IMG/VR virus record: IMGVR_UViG_3300028591_000077
Direction: 5' to 3' (one strand)
DNA length: 64,000 bases
Source of the DNA: a virus
Taxonomy: Duplodnaviria; Heunggongvirae; Uroviricota; Caudoviricetes
The stretch's first letter is position 1. Every line of letters begins with the position of its first letter. This document shows positions 9,875-18,956 of the stretch, in pieces. The notes beneath the pieces were generated by a model. The model worked only from the letters and a program-made list of their open reading frames with translations, searched no databases and had not been told where the DNA came from. The position numbers and the translations under genes are program-made.

Positions 9875-11059
9875 ATGGCTACATTAGCTGAATTAGCAAA
9901 GAAAATTAACAAAGAATACAAAGATGATAATCTAATGATTATCTCTGATATTAAACCTGATTATGAACGTCTTCCTACTAATGCTTTAGGATTGGACTAT
10001 ATTCTAGGTGGCGGCTTAGTTTTAGGCCGTTTATATGAATTCTCCGGTTTATTCCACTCTGGCAAGACCGGTGCTGCTTGTGTTGTTTTAGCAGCTTATC
10101 AAAGAGCATTCCCAGACAAAACTTGTGTTTTCGTCGATGCAGAGCATACATTAGACCTTAAATTCTGGGCAAAAATGACAGGCTTAGATTTATCTAAGTT
10201 ATACTATGTTAATCCAAATGGACAATCGGGTCAACAAATCTTAGACTTAATCGAAGAGATTCAAATGACCGATGACGTTGGCGCTATTGTTCTTGACTCA
10301 CTTCCAGCATTGATTCCATCAGCTGTTTTAGAAAGCGATTTAACTAAAGATACAGGCATGAGAGCTACAATGGCAAAGCCATTATATCCATTCTGTGCTA
10401 AAATGGCAGAAATGGTTGCTCAAAAGAATAACATCTTTATTATGATTAACCAAGTTCGTGATGCTGGCAAGACATTTACAGGTATTCAACTTTATAAAGA
10501 ACCTTGTGGTATGGCTCCTAACTTCTACTCTTCAATTATCATTCGTTTCGGAACTAGAAAATTCACACTTGAAGAGAATATGGACTATTACAAACAAGGC
10601 AAAGACCCAGGTGAAGGTGCGGATGGTTTCCGCCTAATCTTCAAGATTATGAAGAATAAATGCGGTTCATGTGCACGTGGTGGTGGATTCTTAACATTCC
10701 GTTATGCATCTGGTCTTGACTGGATTAATGACTTATTAGAAATTGCCTTAGGCTTTGGATTCATTCAAAAGAATGGCAGCTACTGCACTTTAATTAACTT
10801 AGAGACAGGCGAAGCTTACACTGATGAAGACGGTAAAATCTTAAAAGGATATCAAAAGGATATGGTTGCCTACATTAAGGGCAATATCGCATTCCAAACT
10901 GAATATCTTGCAATGCTTAATAGATACATCTCTAAAGACGATACTGAATCCTATGGTGATCTTCTTGACGAGAGAGCAAACGCAGAAATCAGTGCACAAC
11001 AAGCTTCTGTTGACGCACAATACAATAGCGATGTCAAGGTTGCTCCTGCTGGAGAATAG
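9875..11059 (+). CDS. recA: RecA/UvsX recombinase
   Basis: LDYILGGG, GLFHSGKT, FVDAEH, VLDSL, INQVR. Confidence 0.95.
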   Translation: MATLAELAKKINKEYKDDNLMIISDIKPDYERLPTNALGLDYILGGGLVLGRLYEFSGLFHSGKTGAACVVLAAYQRAFPDKTCVFVDAEHTLDLKFWAKMTGLDLSKLYYVNPNGQSGQQILDLIEEIQMTDDVGAIVLDSLPALIPSAVLESDLTKDTGMRATMAKPLYPFCAKMAEMVAQKNNIFIMINQVRDAGKTFTGIQLYKEPCGMAPNFYSSIIIRFGTRKFTLEENMDYYKQGKDPGEGADGFRLIFKIMKNKCGSCARGGGFLTFRYASGLDWINDLLEIALGFGFIQKNGSYCTLINLETGEAYTDEDGKILKGYQKDMVAYIKGNIAFQTEYLAMLNRYISKDDTESYGDLLDERANAEISAQQASVDAQYNSDVKVAPAGE

Positions 11060-11062
11060 CCT

Positions 11063-11440
11063 ATGGCAGTCGGCGTTAGAGAAAGAATAAAGGAAGATGG
11101 CTCTGGCAAAAAACCAACCAGAGCCTTCTCTAAAAAGCAAGAAACAAGCATTGCTGCAGCGACCGGCGGAACAAGAACCCCTAATAGTGGCGCGACATTC
11201 GCAGCAAAAGGTGACGTTCTAACAGACAAATTCTTGTTAGAGGCCAAAACTAAAACGACACATTCAGATACCATTACGATACGAAAAGACTGGTTCCAAA
11301 AGAATAAAGAAGAAGCCGTATTTATGGGTAAGCCATATTCAGCATTAGTCTTCAACTTTGGACCAGGAGAAGAGAATCATTATATAATTGATGAAGACTT
11401 ATTTATCATATTACAAGAGTATCTAAGTGCTCAAAAGTAG
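11063..11440 (+). CDS. PD-(D/E)XK nuclease, Holliday junction resolvase-like
   Basis: QE...NSGAT..KGDV...LLEAKT motif. Confidence 0.75.
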   Translation: MAVGVRERIKEDGSGKKPTRAFSKKQETSIAAATGGTRTPNSGATFAAKGDVLTDKFLLEAKTKTTHSDTITIRKDWFQKNKEEAVFMGKPYSALVFNFGPGEENHYIIDEDLFIILQEYLSAQK

Positions 11441-11441
11441 A

Positions 11442-11468
11442 AAAAAGGCCTCAATTACGGGCCTTTTT
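11442..11468 (+). terminator. Intrinsic terminator
   Basis: aaaaaggcc...ggccttttt. Confidence 0.7.
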
Positions 11469-11497
11469 ATTGTATTATATAATAGGAGATTTTAGTT

Positions 11498-11890
11498 ATG
11501 AAATATGTAATGTTATCAATTAATGGTAAACAATTGGATACCGATATTTATGTAAGACGTGTCTTGTTAGAATATAAAGATAAAGAATTTACCGTATCAA
11601 GAGCAGGCACTCCTATTTGTTATTATAAAGGCACACGTTTTATAGAAAAAGATAATTATTTCAGAGATGTGTCAAAAAATAACCAATATGAATTCTATGA
11701 TGATCATTACATTTTAACTAAAACAAATTATGCTCATAATAGATTTTTAGAAGGTGAAGAAAGACAATATCATAGTTTTGCTTTTGAGACAAATGACCTA
11801 TATTATAAAGCATTGGGGCCAATTGAATTTGAGGCCGATTCTGATGAAGAAGCTATTAAAAAATTCGTAGAAAGAAGCGAATTAAGGTAA
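11498..11890 (+). CDS. Hypothetical protein
   Basis: ORF with AGGAG RBS and own promoter-like motif. Confidence 0.7.
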   Translation: MKYVMLSINGKQLDTDIYVRRVLLEYKDKEFTVSRAGTPICYYKGTRFIEKDNYFRDVSKNNQYEFYDDHYILTKTNYAHNRFLEGEERQYHSFAFETNDLYYKALGPIEFEADSDEEAIKKFVERSELR

Positions 11891-11931
11891 AATATATTAA
11901 TATTCCTTAACACAATACAGTATAATAAAGT

Positions 11932-12303
11932 ATGATACGAGAATATATCAAAGAACAATTAAGTAAATGTAATTTCGCAAATGTTTCAAATATAACCGAA
12001 GAAAATGGTTATTCTTTCATTATACCTAAATATTCTAAACCCGTATATGCTCTTAACAAATGTTATTTGATTAAGGTTTCAGATATGGTTGTAAATAAGC
12101 CTAATTCGGTAATTGCGACCAATTGGAATAATGGCGATTATCCGAAAGTAAATTACTTAAAGGCCTATGTTTCTAAGACCTTTGGTAAGATGATATTCGT
12201 TGATTGCCTTGAATATGATTTTGAGGCTAAAAAAGATTTAGAAACAACTTGGTCTGGCTGGCTATCGGTCGATGACCTTACACAAATTGCAGAATTAGCA
12301 TAG
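11932..12303 (+). CDS. Hypothetical protein (possibly leaderless transcript)
   Basis: ATG lies 5 nt after TATAAT (11921-11926); no RBS. Confidence 0.7.
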   Translation: MIREYIKEQLSKCNFANVSNITEENGYSFIIPKYSKPVYALNKCYLIKVSDMVVNKPNSVIATNWNNGDYPKVNYLKAYVSKTFGKMIFVDCLEYDFEAKKDLETTWSGWLSVDDLTQIAELA

Positions 12304-12313
12304 GAGGAAATAT

Positions 12314-13342
12314 ATGTATACTTCATTAGCAGTAAAATATCGTCCAACCAAGTTTGAGGACGTTGTAGAGCAATCAATCACGACTAAGATTTTAGAAAAG
12401 GTCATTGAAAAAGGCAAACCTAAAAACGCTTATCTTTTTGCAGGTGATTCTGGAACAGGCAAAACAACTCTTGCCCGTATTTTTGCCAATTCTATTAATC
12501 AAGGCGTTGGCGAGCCAATTGAAATCGATGCCGCTTCTAACAATGGCGTAAATCAAGTTAGAGCTATCGTTGAATCCGCGAATGAACGTGCATTAGTCGG
12601 CACTTATAAAATCTTTATTATTGATGAATGCCATGCAATTACCGGTGATGGCTGGAGAGCATTCTTAAAAGGCATTGAAGAACCTTCTCCATATACAATT
12701 TATATTTTCTGCACGACTGAACCTAATAAGATTCCTTCAACAATTCTCAATAGGGTTCAACGTTATAACTTTTCTAAAATTTCTAATACTGGCATTAAAA
12801 ACCGTTTAGTTCAAATTTGTCAAGCAGAAGGCTTTACAAACTATGAAGATACTTGTGAATTAATCAGTAAAATTAGCCAAGGCTGCATGCGTGATGCTAT
12901 TACATATCTTGATCAATGTGCTGATTATTCAACAGACCTATCATTAGAAAATACTAAGCAAATCTTAGGTGATGTCGACGTTGAAACGATGCTTAGATTA
13001 ACTAATGCAATCTACAATGGCGATGAATCTAAGGTATTAAATATTTTAGATAAATTATATAATGGTGGTCATGATTTAAAACAATTTGTAAGTGCATACT
13101 TAGACTTTATTATTGATTTAACCAAATATTCAATTTTTAAAGATATTAGACTTACTGCTATTCCAGCTTATCTTGAGAAAGTTCAAGATCAAGATATCAA
13201 TGTTGTCTATACGGCCGGAATTAACTTAGATTGGTTGAATGGCTTTATGGACCACATTCTAAAACTTAAGACCGAAATTAAATATGACACTTCTTATAAG
13301 GCTACTGTAGAAGTATATTTATTGAAAGCTTGTAGAGGTTAA
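12314..13342 (+). CDS. dnaX: Clamp loader gamma/tau-like ATPase
   Basis: LAVKYRP, GDSGTGKTT, EIDAASNNGV, IIDECH, TILNR, GCMRDA. Confidence 0.93.
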   Translation: MYTSLAVKYRPTKFEDVVEQSITTKILEKVIEKGKPKNAYLFAGDSGTGKTTLARIFANSINQGVGEPIEIDAASNNGVNQVRAIVESANERALVGTYKIFIIDECHAITGDGWRAFLKGIEEPSPYTIYIFCTTEPNKIPSTILNRVQRYNFSKISNTGIKNRLVQICQAEGFTNYEDTCELISKISQGCMRDAITYLDQCADYSTDLSLENTKQILGDVDVETMLRLTNAIYNGDESKVLNILDKLYNGGHDLKQFVSAYLDFIIDLTKYSIFKDIRLTAIPAYLEKVQDQDINVVYTAGINLDWLNGFMDHILKLKTEIKYDTSYKATVEVYLLKACRG

Positions 13343-13344
13343 TA

Positions 13345-14157
13345 ATGAAGTTTGTAGGACAAGAAAAATTATTATCTACGGTTAATAAGTATACTGCTAA
13401 AACTTTACCAAAGACTTTGATGCTTATTGGCGAAAAAGGTTGTGGTAAACATACTGTAGCCAAAATGATAGCAGATAATATTGGGCTAGAAGTTATTGAT
13501 GTAAAAGGCGATATTTCTCCTGAAGAAATTAACGACTTAACTCAAAGAGCTATCTCAACTTTATATATTATTGACCTTGCTGATTTTAACGAGAAGCAGC
13601 AAAACAGATTCTTGAAGTTTATTGAAGAACCTTCGATGTATTCTTATGTTGTCTTATTGACTGAATCTGAAATTGGCGTTTTACCAACTATTTTAAATCG
13701 TTGTGTCAAGCTCAGATTTGAACAGTATACGGTTGAACAATTAAAAGAAATCAACTGGATGCATGAAGAAAGCGAAATGTTATTTGTTGTTTGCAATACT
13801 CCCGGTAAATTGATGGAAATTAATAGCAAAACCTTACCGGATTTATATAATCTATGTGATACAATTGTGCATAAGATTAATATTGCACCTTGGGCAAATA
13901 CACTTAAAATCTCATTAAAAATAAATTACAAAGAAGATTACGATAAGTTTGATTTCGATACATTCTTTGATATGTTGGAATATGTTGCAGAAAAAACTTA
14001 TAAAGAAGAGAAGACTGACTTAAGCTATAAAGTCTATTATACAACTAATAGAGCAAAGGCCAGTATGATAAATAAATCATTAGTCAAAGAAAACTTTATG
14101 ATAAGTTTCTTGACTCAGTTATGGAAGGTGACTAGAGATGACATTGCAAGAGCTTAA
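13345..14157 (+). CDS. holB: Clamp loader delta'-like subunit
   Basis: GEKGCGK, QNRFLKFIEEP, LPTILNRC. Confidence 0.8.
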   Translation: MKFVGQEKLLSTVNKYTAKTLPKTLMLIGEKGCGKHTVAKMIADNIGLEVIDVKGDISPEEINDLTQRAISTLYIIDLADFNEKQQNRFLKFIEEPSMYSYVVLLTESEIGVLPTILNRCVKLRFEQYTVEQLKEINWMHEESEMLFVVCNTPGKLMEINSKTLPDLYNLCDTIVHKINIAPWANTLKISLKINYKEDYDKFDFDTFFDMLEYVAEKTYKEEKTDLSYKVYYTTNRAKASMINKSLVKENFMISFLTQLWKVTRDDIARA

Positions 14158-15040
14158 AATACAATTACTTGAAGGCACTGCTCCTACTGACTTCATGATA
14201 TTGCTTTGCAAAGACAATGACTTTATCGCAAATCAATATATTGAAAGAATGTGCCAATTAAAACATGTCAAAGAAAATAGAATCAGCAGTATTTATGAAC
14301 CATTGGCTTCTGCTTTATCCTTAGTTATTAATTTTGAAGAGAACGTTAATGTACTAAGAGTTGATAAATTCGATGAAAAATCTGATGATTATTCTCAATT
14401 CGAAAATACAGTAGTCATTTGCTATGAATTAGACAAAGCCATCGCAAGCGCAGTAAAAGGCTATGTCATAACAATTCCTGCTTTACAGGATTGGCAAATC
14501 AAATCATATATGAAGACTATTTGTAAAGATTTAAGCAAAGATACAATTGACTGGTTATACGCAGCGTCAAGCGGCGATATTTATAGAATCATCAATGAAC
14601 TTGATAAACTAACTTTATTTGGACCAGAAGAACAAATTCAGATTATTGAAGATTTGAAGAATGACCCTAAATCAGGATTATATCCACATGATGACTTCGT
14701 AATCAGCAATGCTTTGGAAACAAATAAGAAAGATAAGTTGGCAGATGTATTATTACATATCAACTGCATCAAATATGACCCAATTGCTGTAGCTAATGCT
14801 ATGCTTAAAAAACTTAAGAATCTAGCGCTAATAAAGTTAGATAATAGTATTAAGCCAGCAGAACTTGGCATATCTGATAAAGCTTATTATTATATTAAAA
14901 AGAATGCAAACTATCCATTGGATAAGTTATTTAACGACGTAGAGTTCTTGTCTAGTTTAGACCTCAGATTAAAGTCTTCTGAGTTAGAACTTACACCAGA
15001 TAAATTGTTAGACTACATAGTCTGCAAGCTCGTTTCATAG
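14138..15040 (+). CDS. holA: Clamp loader delta-like subunit
   Basis: GDIYRIINELDKL and DLRLKSS resemble HolA motifs; third gene of the clamp loader cluster. Confidence 0.7.
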   Translation: MTLQELKIQLLEGTAPTDFMILLCKDNDFIANQYIERMCQLKHVKENRISSIYEPLASALSLVINFEENVNVLRVDKFDEKSDDYSQFENTVVICYELDKAIASAVKGYVITIPALQDWQIKSYMKTICKDLSKDTIDWLYAASSGDIYRIINELDKLTLFGPEEQIQIIEDLKNDPKSGLYPHDDFVISNALETNKKDKLADVLLHINCIKYDPIAVANAMLKKLKNLALIKLDNSIKPAELGISDKAYYYIKKNANYPLDKLFNDVEFLSSLDLRLKSSELELTPDKLLDYIVCKLVS

Positions 15041-15050
15041 GAGATCAAAT

Positions 15051-15992
15051 ATGGCACACAATTCTAAAATGTCCTATTCAAAAATGGACACATACAAACA
15101 ATGCAGCTATAAATATAAGTTAATGTATGTCGATAATGTAAAGGCTTGGGCCGATACAGTCGCTACAAAGTTTGGAACCATTATTCATAATAATGAAGAG
15201 ACCATAGCCAATTTATTAAAAGCTGGCTATCAAATCAATTATACACAATTAAAGAATTCTCTTATAGTTGAAGCAGCAGGCTTAGAACGCATGTTCCCAA
15301 AAGAATATAGAGAACAAGATAAGTCTGGTAAAACATATAGCGAAAAGCTTTATGAATACCTTGAAAAAGGAATTTACCGTTTAGAAAACTTTATGAAGAA
15401 TAATCCAAGCTTAGAAATAGTTGCCGCTGAGCAACCATTTGGCTTCCATTACAATGGTTATTACTTCAATGGTAAAATCGATAGAATCCTTAAAAACAAA
15501 GAAACTGGTGAATATATTTTACAAGATATCAAGACTTGGCCAGAACCTGCAAAAGAAGAAGATTTAAAGACTCCTCTTCAATTTGTGTTCTACACAATGG
15601 CACTAAAGCAATTATATGGATGCGACGAATCGGCAATTACTTGTCAATATGACTTGCCACTTTGCGATTTAGTTCAAGATGCTGGAACCAAAGGCTATAT
15701 GTCAAGAGGGACTAAGAAGATTGATGAACTATTAGCAGATATTGAGCATAGCTTAGAATCTGGTATATTCGTTCCAAATCCAACACCACTTTGTCACTGG
15801 TGCAATTTCTGCCCAACGAACCCGCATCAACCAGAATCAGGCAAAGGATATTGTCCTTACTACCTAAAATGGACCAGGGAAAATCCAACTTTCCAAAAAC
15901 AATTTGAATGGGATGGGCTGGAAAATCATAATAGAATCCTTGAAGAATTCAGAAATGAAATGCGTCTAGCAGCAAAAGGAGGTGAAAAGTAA
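15051..15992 (+). CDS. Cas4/RecB-like PD-(D/E)XK exonuclease
   Basis: SYSKMDTYKQC, GTIIH, GKIDRI, DIKT, QFVFY, CHWCNFC. Confidence 0.85.
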   Translation: MAHNSKMSYSKMDTYKQCSYKYKLMYVDNVKAWADTVATKFGTIIHNNEETIANLLKAGYQINYTQLKNSLIVEAAGLERMFPKEYREQDKSGKTYSEKLYEYLEKGIYRLENFMKNNPSLEIVAAEQPFGFHYNGYYFNGKIDRILKNKETGEYILQDIKTWPEPAKEEDLKTPLQFVFYTMALKQLYGCDESAITCQYDLPLCDLVQDAGTKGYMSRGTKKIDELLADIEHSLESGIFVPNPTPLCHWCNFCPTNPHQPESGKGYCPYYLKWTRENPTFQKQFEWDGLENHNRILEEFRNEMRLAAKGGEK

Positions 15993-16186
15993 TGCTAAAA
16001 GTAATTTTAAGAGAGGGTGAAACTCCTGATTCATTAATCAGACGTTTCAAAACCGCAGTTAAGAAAGCCGATATTTTAGCAGAATATCGTAAACATGACT
16101 TTTTCTTGAAAAAATCATTAAAGAGAAAGCTTAAGTCAGAAAACGCTCGTAAGAAAATGAAGAGTAAAAAAAGAAAAACTGTATAA
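15992..16186 (+). CDS. rpsU: Ribosomal protein bS21
   Basis: KVILREGETPDSLIRRFK...ILAEYRKHDFFLKKSLKRK. Confidence 0.9.
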   Translation: MLKVILREGETPDSLIRRFKTAVKKADILAEYRKHDFFLKKSLKRKLKSENARKKMKSKKRKTV

Positions 16187-16206
16187 TATAAAAAGGAGAT
16201 TAGGGT

Positions 16207-16554
16207 ATGGCACAGATTAATACTGGCATATTCTATGAAAGCTCTAAGTTACCACGCTTAAACAAATATGATCAATTGATTATATTTTACGAAGATGGAA
16301 GCGTAATAAATTACGTTGTAGACTATATCGTAAAGCTGAGTAAAGATGCTGGTTACATATACCTATGTGACACATCCGGAACGCTCAGTCAAGAAGAAGT
16401 AAATAAGCTAAATAGAATAAAGAACATTGCATATTTGCCGGGACTTAGATTGGCAGCTCCAACCTTCAATAAGAGTGGTCGATTAACCGGCGTATCATTT
16501 GATGACGGAACAAAGTTACATTGCACAAAAGTGCTTGTTGTGAAAGGAGAATAA
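16207..16554 (+). CDS. Hypothetical protein
   Basis: ORF with AGGAG RBS and promoter motif. Confidence 0.7.
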   Translation: MAQINTGIFYESSKLPRLNKYDQLIIFYEDGSVINYVVDYIVKLSKDAGYIYLCDTSGTLSQEEVNKLNRIKNIAYLPGLRLAAPTFNKSGRLTGVSFDDGTKLHCTKVLVVKGE

Positions 16555-16555
16555 C

Positions 16556-17128
16556 ATGTTAACAGATACACAAATTTTAGAAAACAAAGAAAAGTATATT
16601 AGCTTACTAGCTAAGCTTGGAGTTGATTTAACTCAATTCACAAAATACTTAGAAGCTGTTGACTATTTTAACAAACCAGCATCCAATCAGTCATTTAAAG
16701 CATATCCTGGTGGTTTATGCCAATATGCACTTGACCTATATTTTGAATTAGGAACACTTTGTAATGCCTATTTTCCAGGGGAGTACACCGAAGAAGACGT
16801 CATCAAGGTAGCATTATTCAAAGACCTCTATAGAGCTGAAATGTATGAAGGCTATTATAAAAACATTAAAGATGAAGTAACTGGTGAATGGCAACAAATT
16901 CCTGCCTATAGAACTAAAGAGGAAAGACCTACTTTTGGTGATTTAGGTTTCAGTTCATTTATGGTTGCACAACATTTCTTCCAATTCACAGACGAGCAAA
17001 TTGAATCAATTGTTCATGGTCGTGGATTGGACGGTTATTCAATCGATATTCAGGATATCTTAAAAAGCTATCCTTTAGTAGCATTAACTAGAATGGCGGA
17101 TTTTGCAGCAACATATTTCAATAAATAG
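16556..17128 (+). CDS. Degenerate HD-domain protein
   Basis: PAS..FKAYPGGLCQYAL and ALFKDLYR align with PAS..H.AY.GGL..H and ALLHD, but the His residues are replaced. Confidence 0.65.
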   Translation: MLTDTQILENKEKYISLLAKLGVDLTQFTKYLEAVDYFNKPASNQSFKAYPGGLCQYALDLYFELGTLCNAYFPGEYTEEDVIKVALFKDLYRAEMYEGYYKNIKDEVTGEWQQIPAYRTKEERPTFGDLGFSSFMVAQHFFQFTDEQIESIVHGRGLDGYSIDIQDILKSYPLVALTRMADFAATYFNK

Positions 17129-17137
17129 GAGATTAAT

Positions 17138-17398
17138 ATGGGCGCAATGCTAATGTTCTATACAAAGAAACAATATATCACTGAAGGCCTAATACTAAGC
17201 GTCAAGACAACTGATGAAATTGTCCCAATCGCCGAGATTACCTGGGATCCAAGCTTCAATGATGCTTGTATTAAAACTTTTGGCTCAAAACTTCAAGATT
17301 ATATTGTTTCATATGATGACTACGTTAACTTCGTTAGGATCGTCGATGAAGCCTATGATATGATAAGGGCCGCTTATCATAAACCAATAGAAGCATAA
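17138..17398 (+). CDS. Hypothetical protein
   Basis: ORF with AGGAG RBS. Confidence 0.65.
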   Translation: MGAMLMFYTKKQYITEGLILSVKTTDEIVPIAEITWDPSFNDACIKTFGSKLQDYIVSYDDYVNFVRIVDEAYDMIRAAYHKPIEA

Positions 17399-17419
17399 AG
17401 GCGGCAAAACCGTCTTTTT
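17397..17419 (+). terminator. Intrinsic terminator
   Basis: aaaggcgg-caaaa-ccgtcttttt. Confidence 0.65.
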
Positions 17420-17454
17420 CTTTCTATATATTGTATAATATATCAGGAGTAATT

Positions 17455-18483
17455 ATGAAACTTTTAGTATTTACTGATAATCATTTTTGTGAAAATTTTT
17501 CAATAGTTCAAGGACAAGGCGAAAAATATACAACTCGTATTGAGAATCAATTAGCCTCAATTGCCTGAATAGAAGACCTTGCTGTTCAAAAAGGCTGCGA
17601 TGCTGTATTTTGTCTTGGAGACTTTTTTGATAAAGCTGATTTAACTGAACAAGAAATTACAGCAACAAAAGATATTAAATGGAATAATCTTCCACATTAT
17701 TTTTTAGTTGGTAATCATGAAAGTGATACAAATGGCCTAAGATTCAGCTCTACTAAAATACTTGAAGCCACAAATAGATTCATTATTTCTGAACCTGGAA
17801 AACAAATGTTTGGAAGTTGTGAAGTTTGTTTCTTGCCTTATATTATCGAAAGTGATAGAAAACCGTTAGTTGAGTATTTTGGTGAAATGACCGATACTCC
17901 AAGAATCATCTTCTCACACAACGATTTAAAAGGCATTCAAATGGGCCCGGTTGTTTCTAAAATCGGGTTTGACCTTGAAGAAATAAAAACAGCTTGCACA
18001 TTATTCTTAAATGGTCACTTGCATAATGGTCAAAAGGTTTCTGAAAATGCAATTAATCTTGGAAATTTAACCGGCAAAGACTTTGGTGAAGATGCTACAA
18101 GATATAAACATTATGCTGTAATCATTGATACGGAAACATTAAATTGCGAGTTAATTGAGAATCCACATGCATTCAATTTCTACAAACTTGAAATCAATGC
18201 TTTAGAAGATATTGCAAATTTGTCAAATTTAAAACAAAATTCTGTTCTATCTATAAAGTGTAAGGATAGCTTGGTTTCGGAACTCAGAAGCCAAATAAAT
18301 AAGCTTTCTGACAAAATTATAAACTCACGTATCATTATCACCCGCGAAGCAACAGAGGATGAGGCAGAAGGAGACATTTCCGAGCTTACTATGGACCATT
18401 TAGTTAAGTTTGTGGAATGCTGCAGAAAAGAGATAAATAACACAGAAGCATTAGAAGTAGAACTTGCTGAAATATGCAAGTAG
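17455..18483 (+). CDS. sbcD: SbcD/Mre11 (gp47-like) nuclease (code 4)
   Basis: FTDNH, LGDFFD, VGNHE, FSHN, GHLH; TGA 17566 read as Trp joins the N-terminal motifs. Confidence 0.9.
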
Positions 18484-18542
18484 GGCTTTTTGCTTTTTGT
18501 TTTATTTTATTGTATAATAAATTAAAGAAAAGAGCTGAAAAA

Positions 18543-18956
18543 ATGAATAATTTTAAGAAAAATTACAAGCAGCTCTGCAAGAATTATAATCGTAAGCTTA
18601 AAGAATTACATAAAGTAAACTTCAACAGTTTAAACAATAACTTGGAATACTTTGTTACGTATCTTAAATATATGCGTGATTATTATATTCTAACAGAGCC
18701 ATTACCGACAGACAAAGAAAATTTAAAAGTAACTGCATTGGTAACAGCGGTAGGAGCTTACGAAAAATATCGATCATGTAAAGATAAATACTACTGCACA
18801 AAAGAAGATGGAACAGAAGAAGCCCTTATAGAAGGAACTCCTGAGGAAGTCAAAACAAAATATGAGCTCGAAAGAAACTTTCATTGGAATTGCTTCTGGA
18901 GCTTAGTAAGTTTGAATATAGAAAGTTGGACAGGTAAAGCAAATGCTGCAATTTAA
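18543..18956 (+). CDS. Hypothetical protein
   Basis: ORF after promoter motif 18512. Confidence 0.65.
   Translation: MNNFKKNYKQLCKNYNRKLKELHKVNFNSLNNNLEYFVTYLKYMRDYYILTEPLPTDKENLKVTALVTAVGAYEKYRSCKDKYYCTKEDGTEEALIEGTPEEVKTKYELERNFHWNCFWSLVSLNIESWTGKANAAI

Noticed and set aside
12752-12754. Additional AGG reassignment (Arg to Met, described in some uncultured Bacilli)
   Set aside because: AGG encodes the conserved Arg of the clamp loader TILNR (SRC-equivalent) motif, so AGG=Arg. CGG looks rare but I could not assess it.
15051-15992. CRISPR-Cas system suggested by Cas4-like gene
   Set aside because: No repeat-spacer array or other cas genes seen; solo Cas4-like nucleases are common in phage replication modules.
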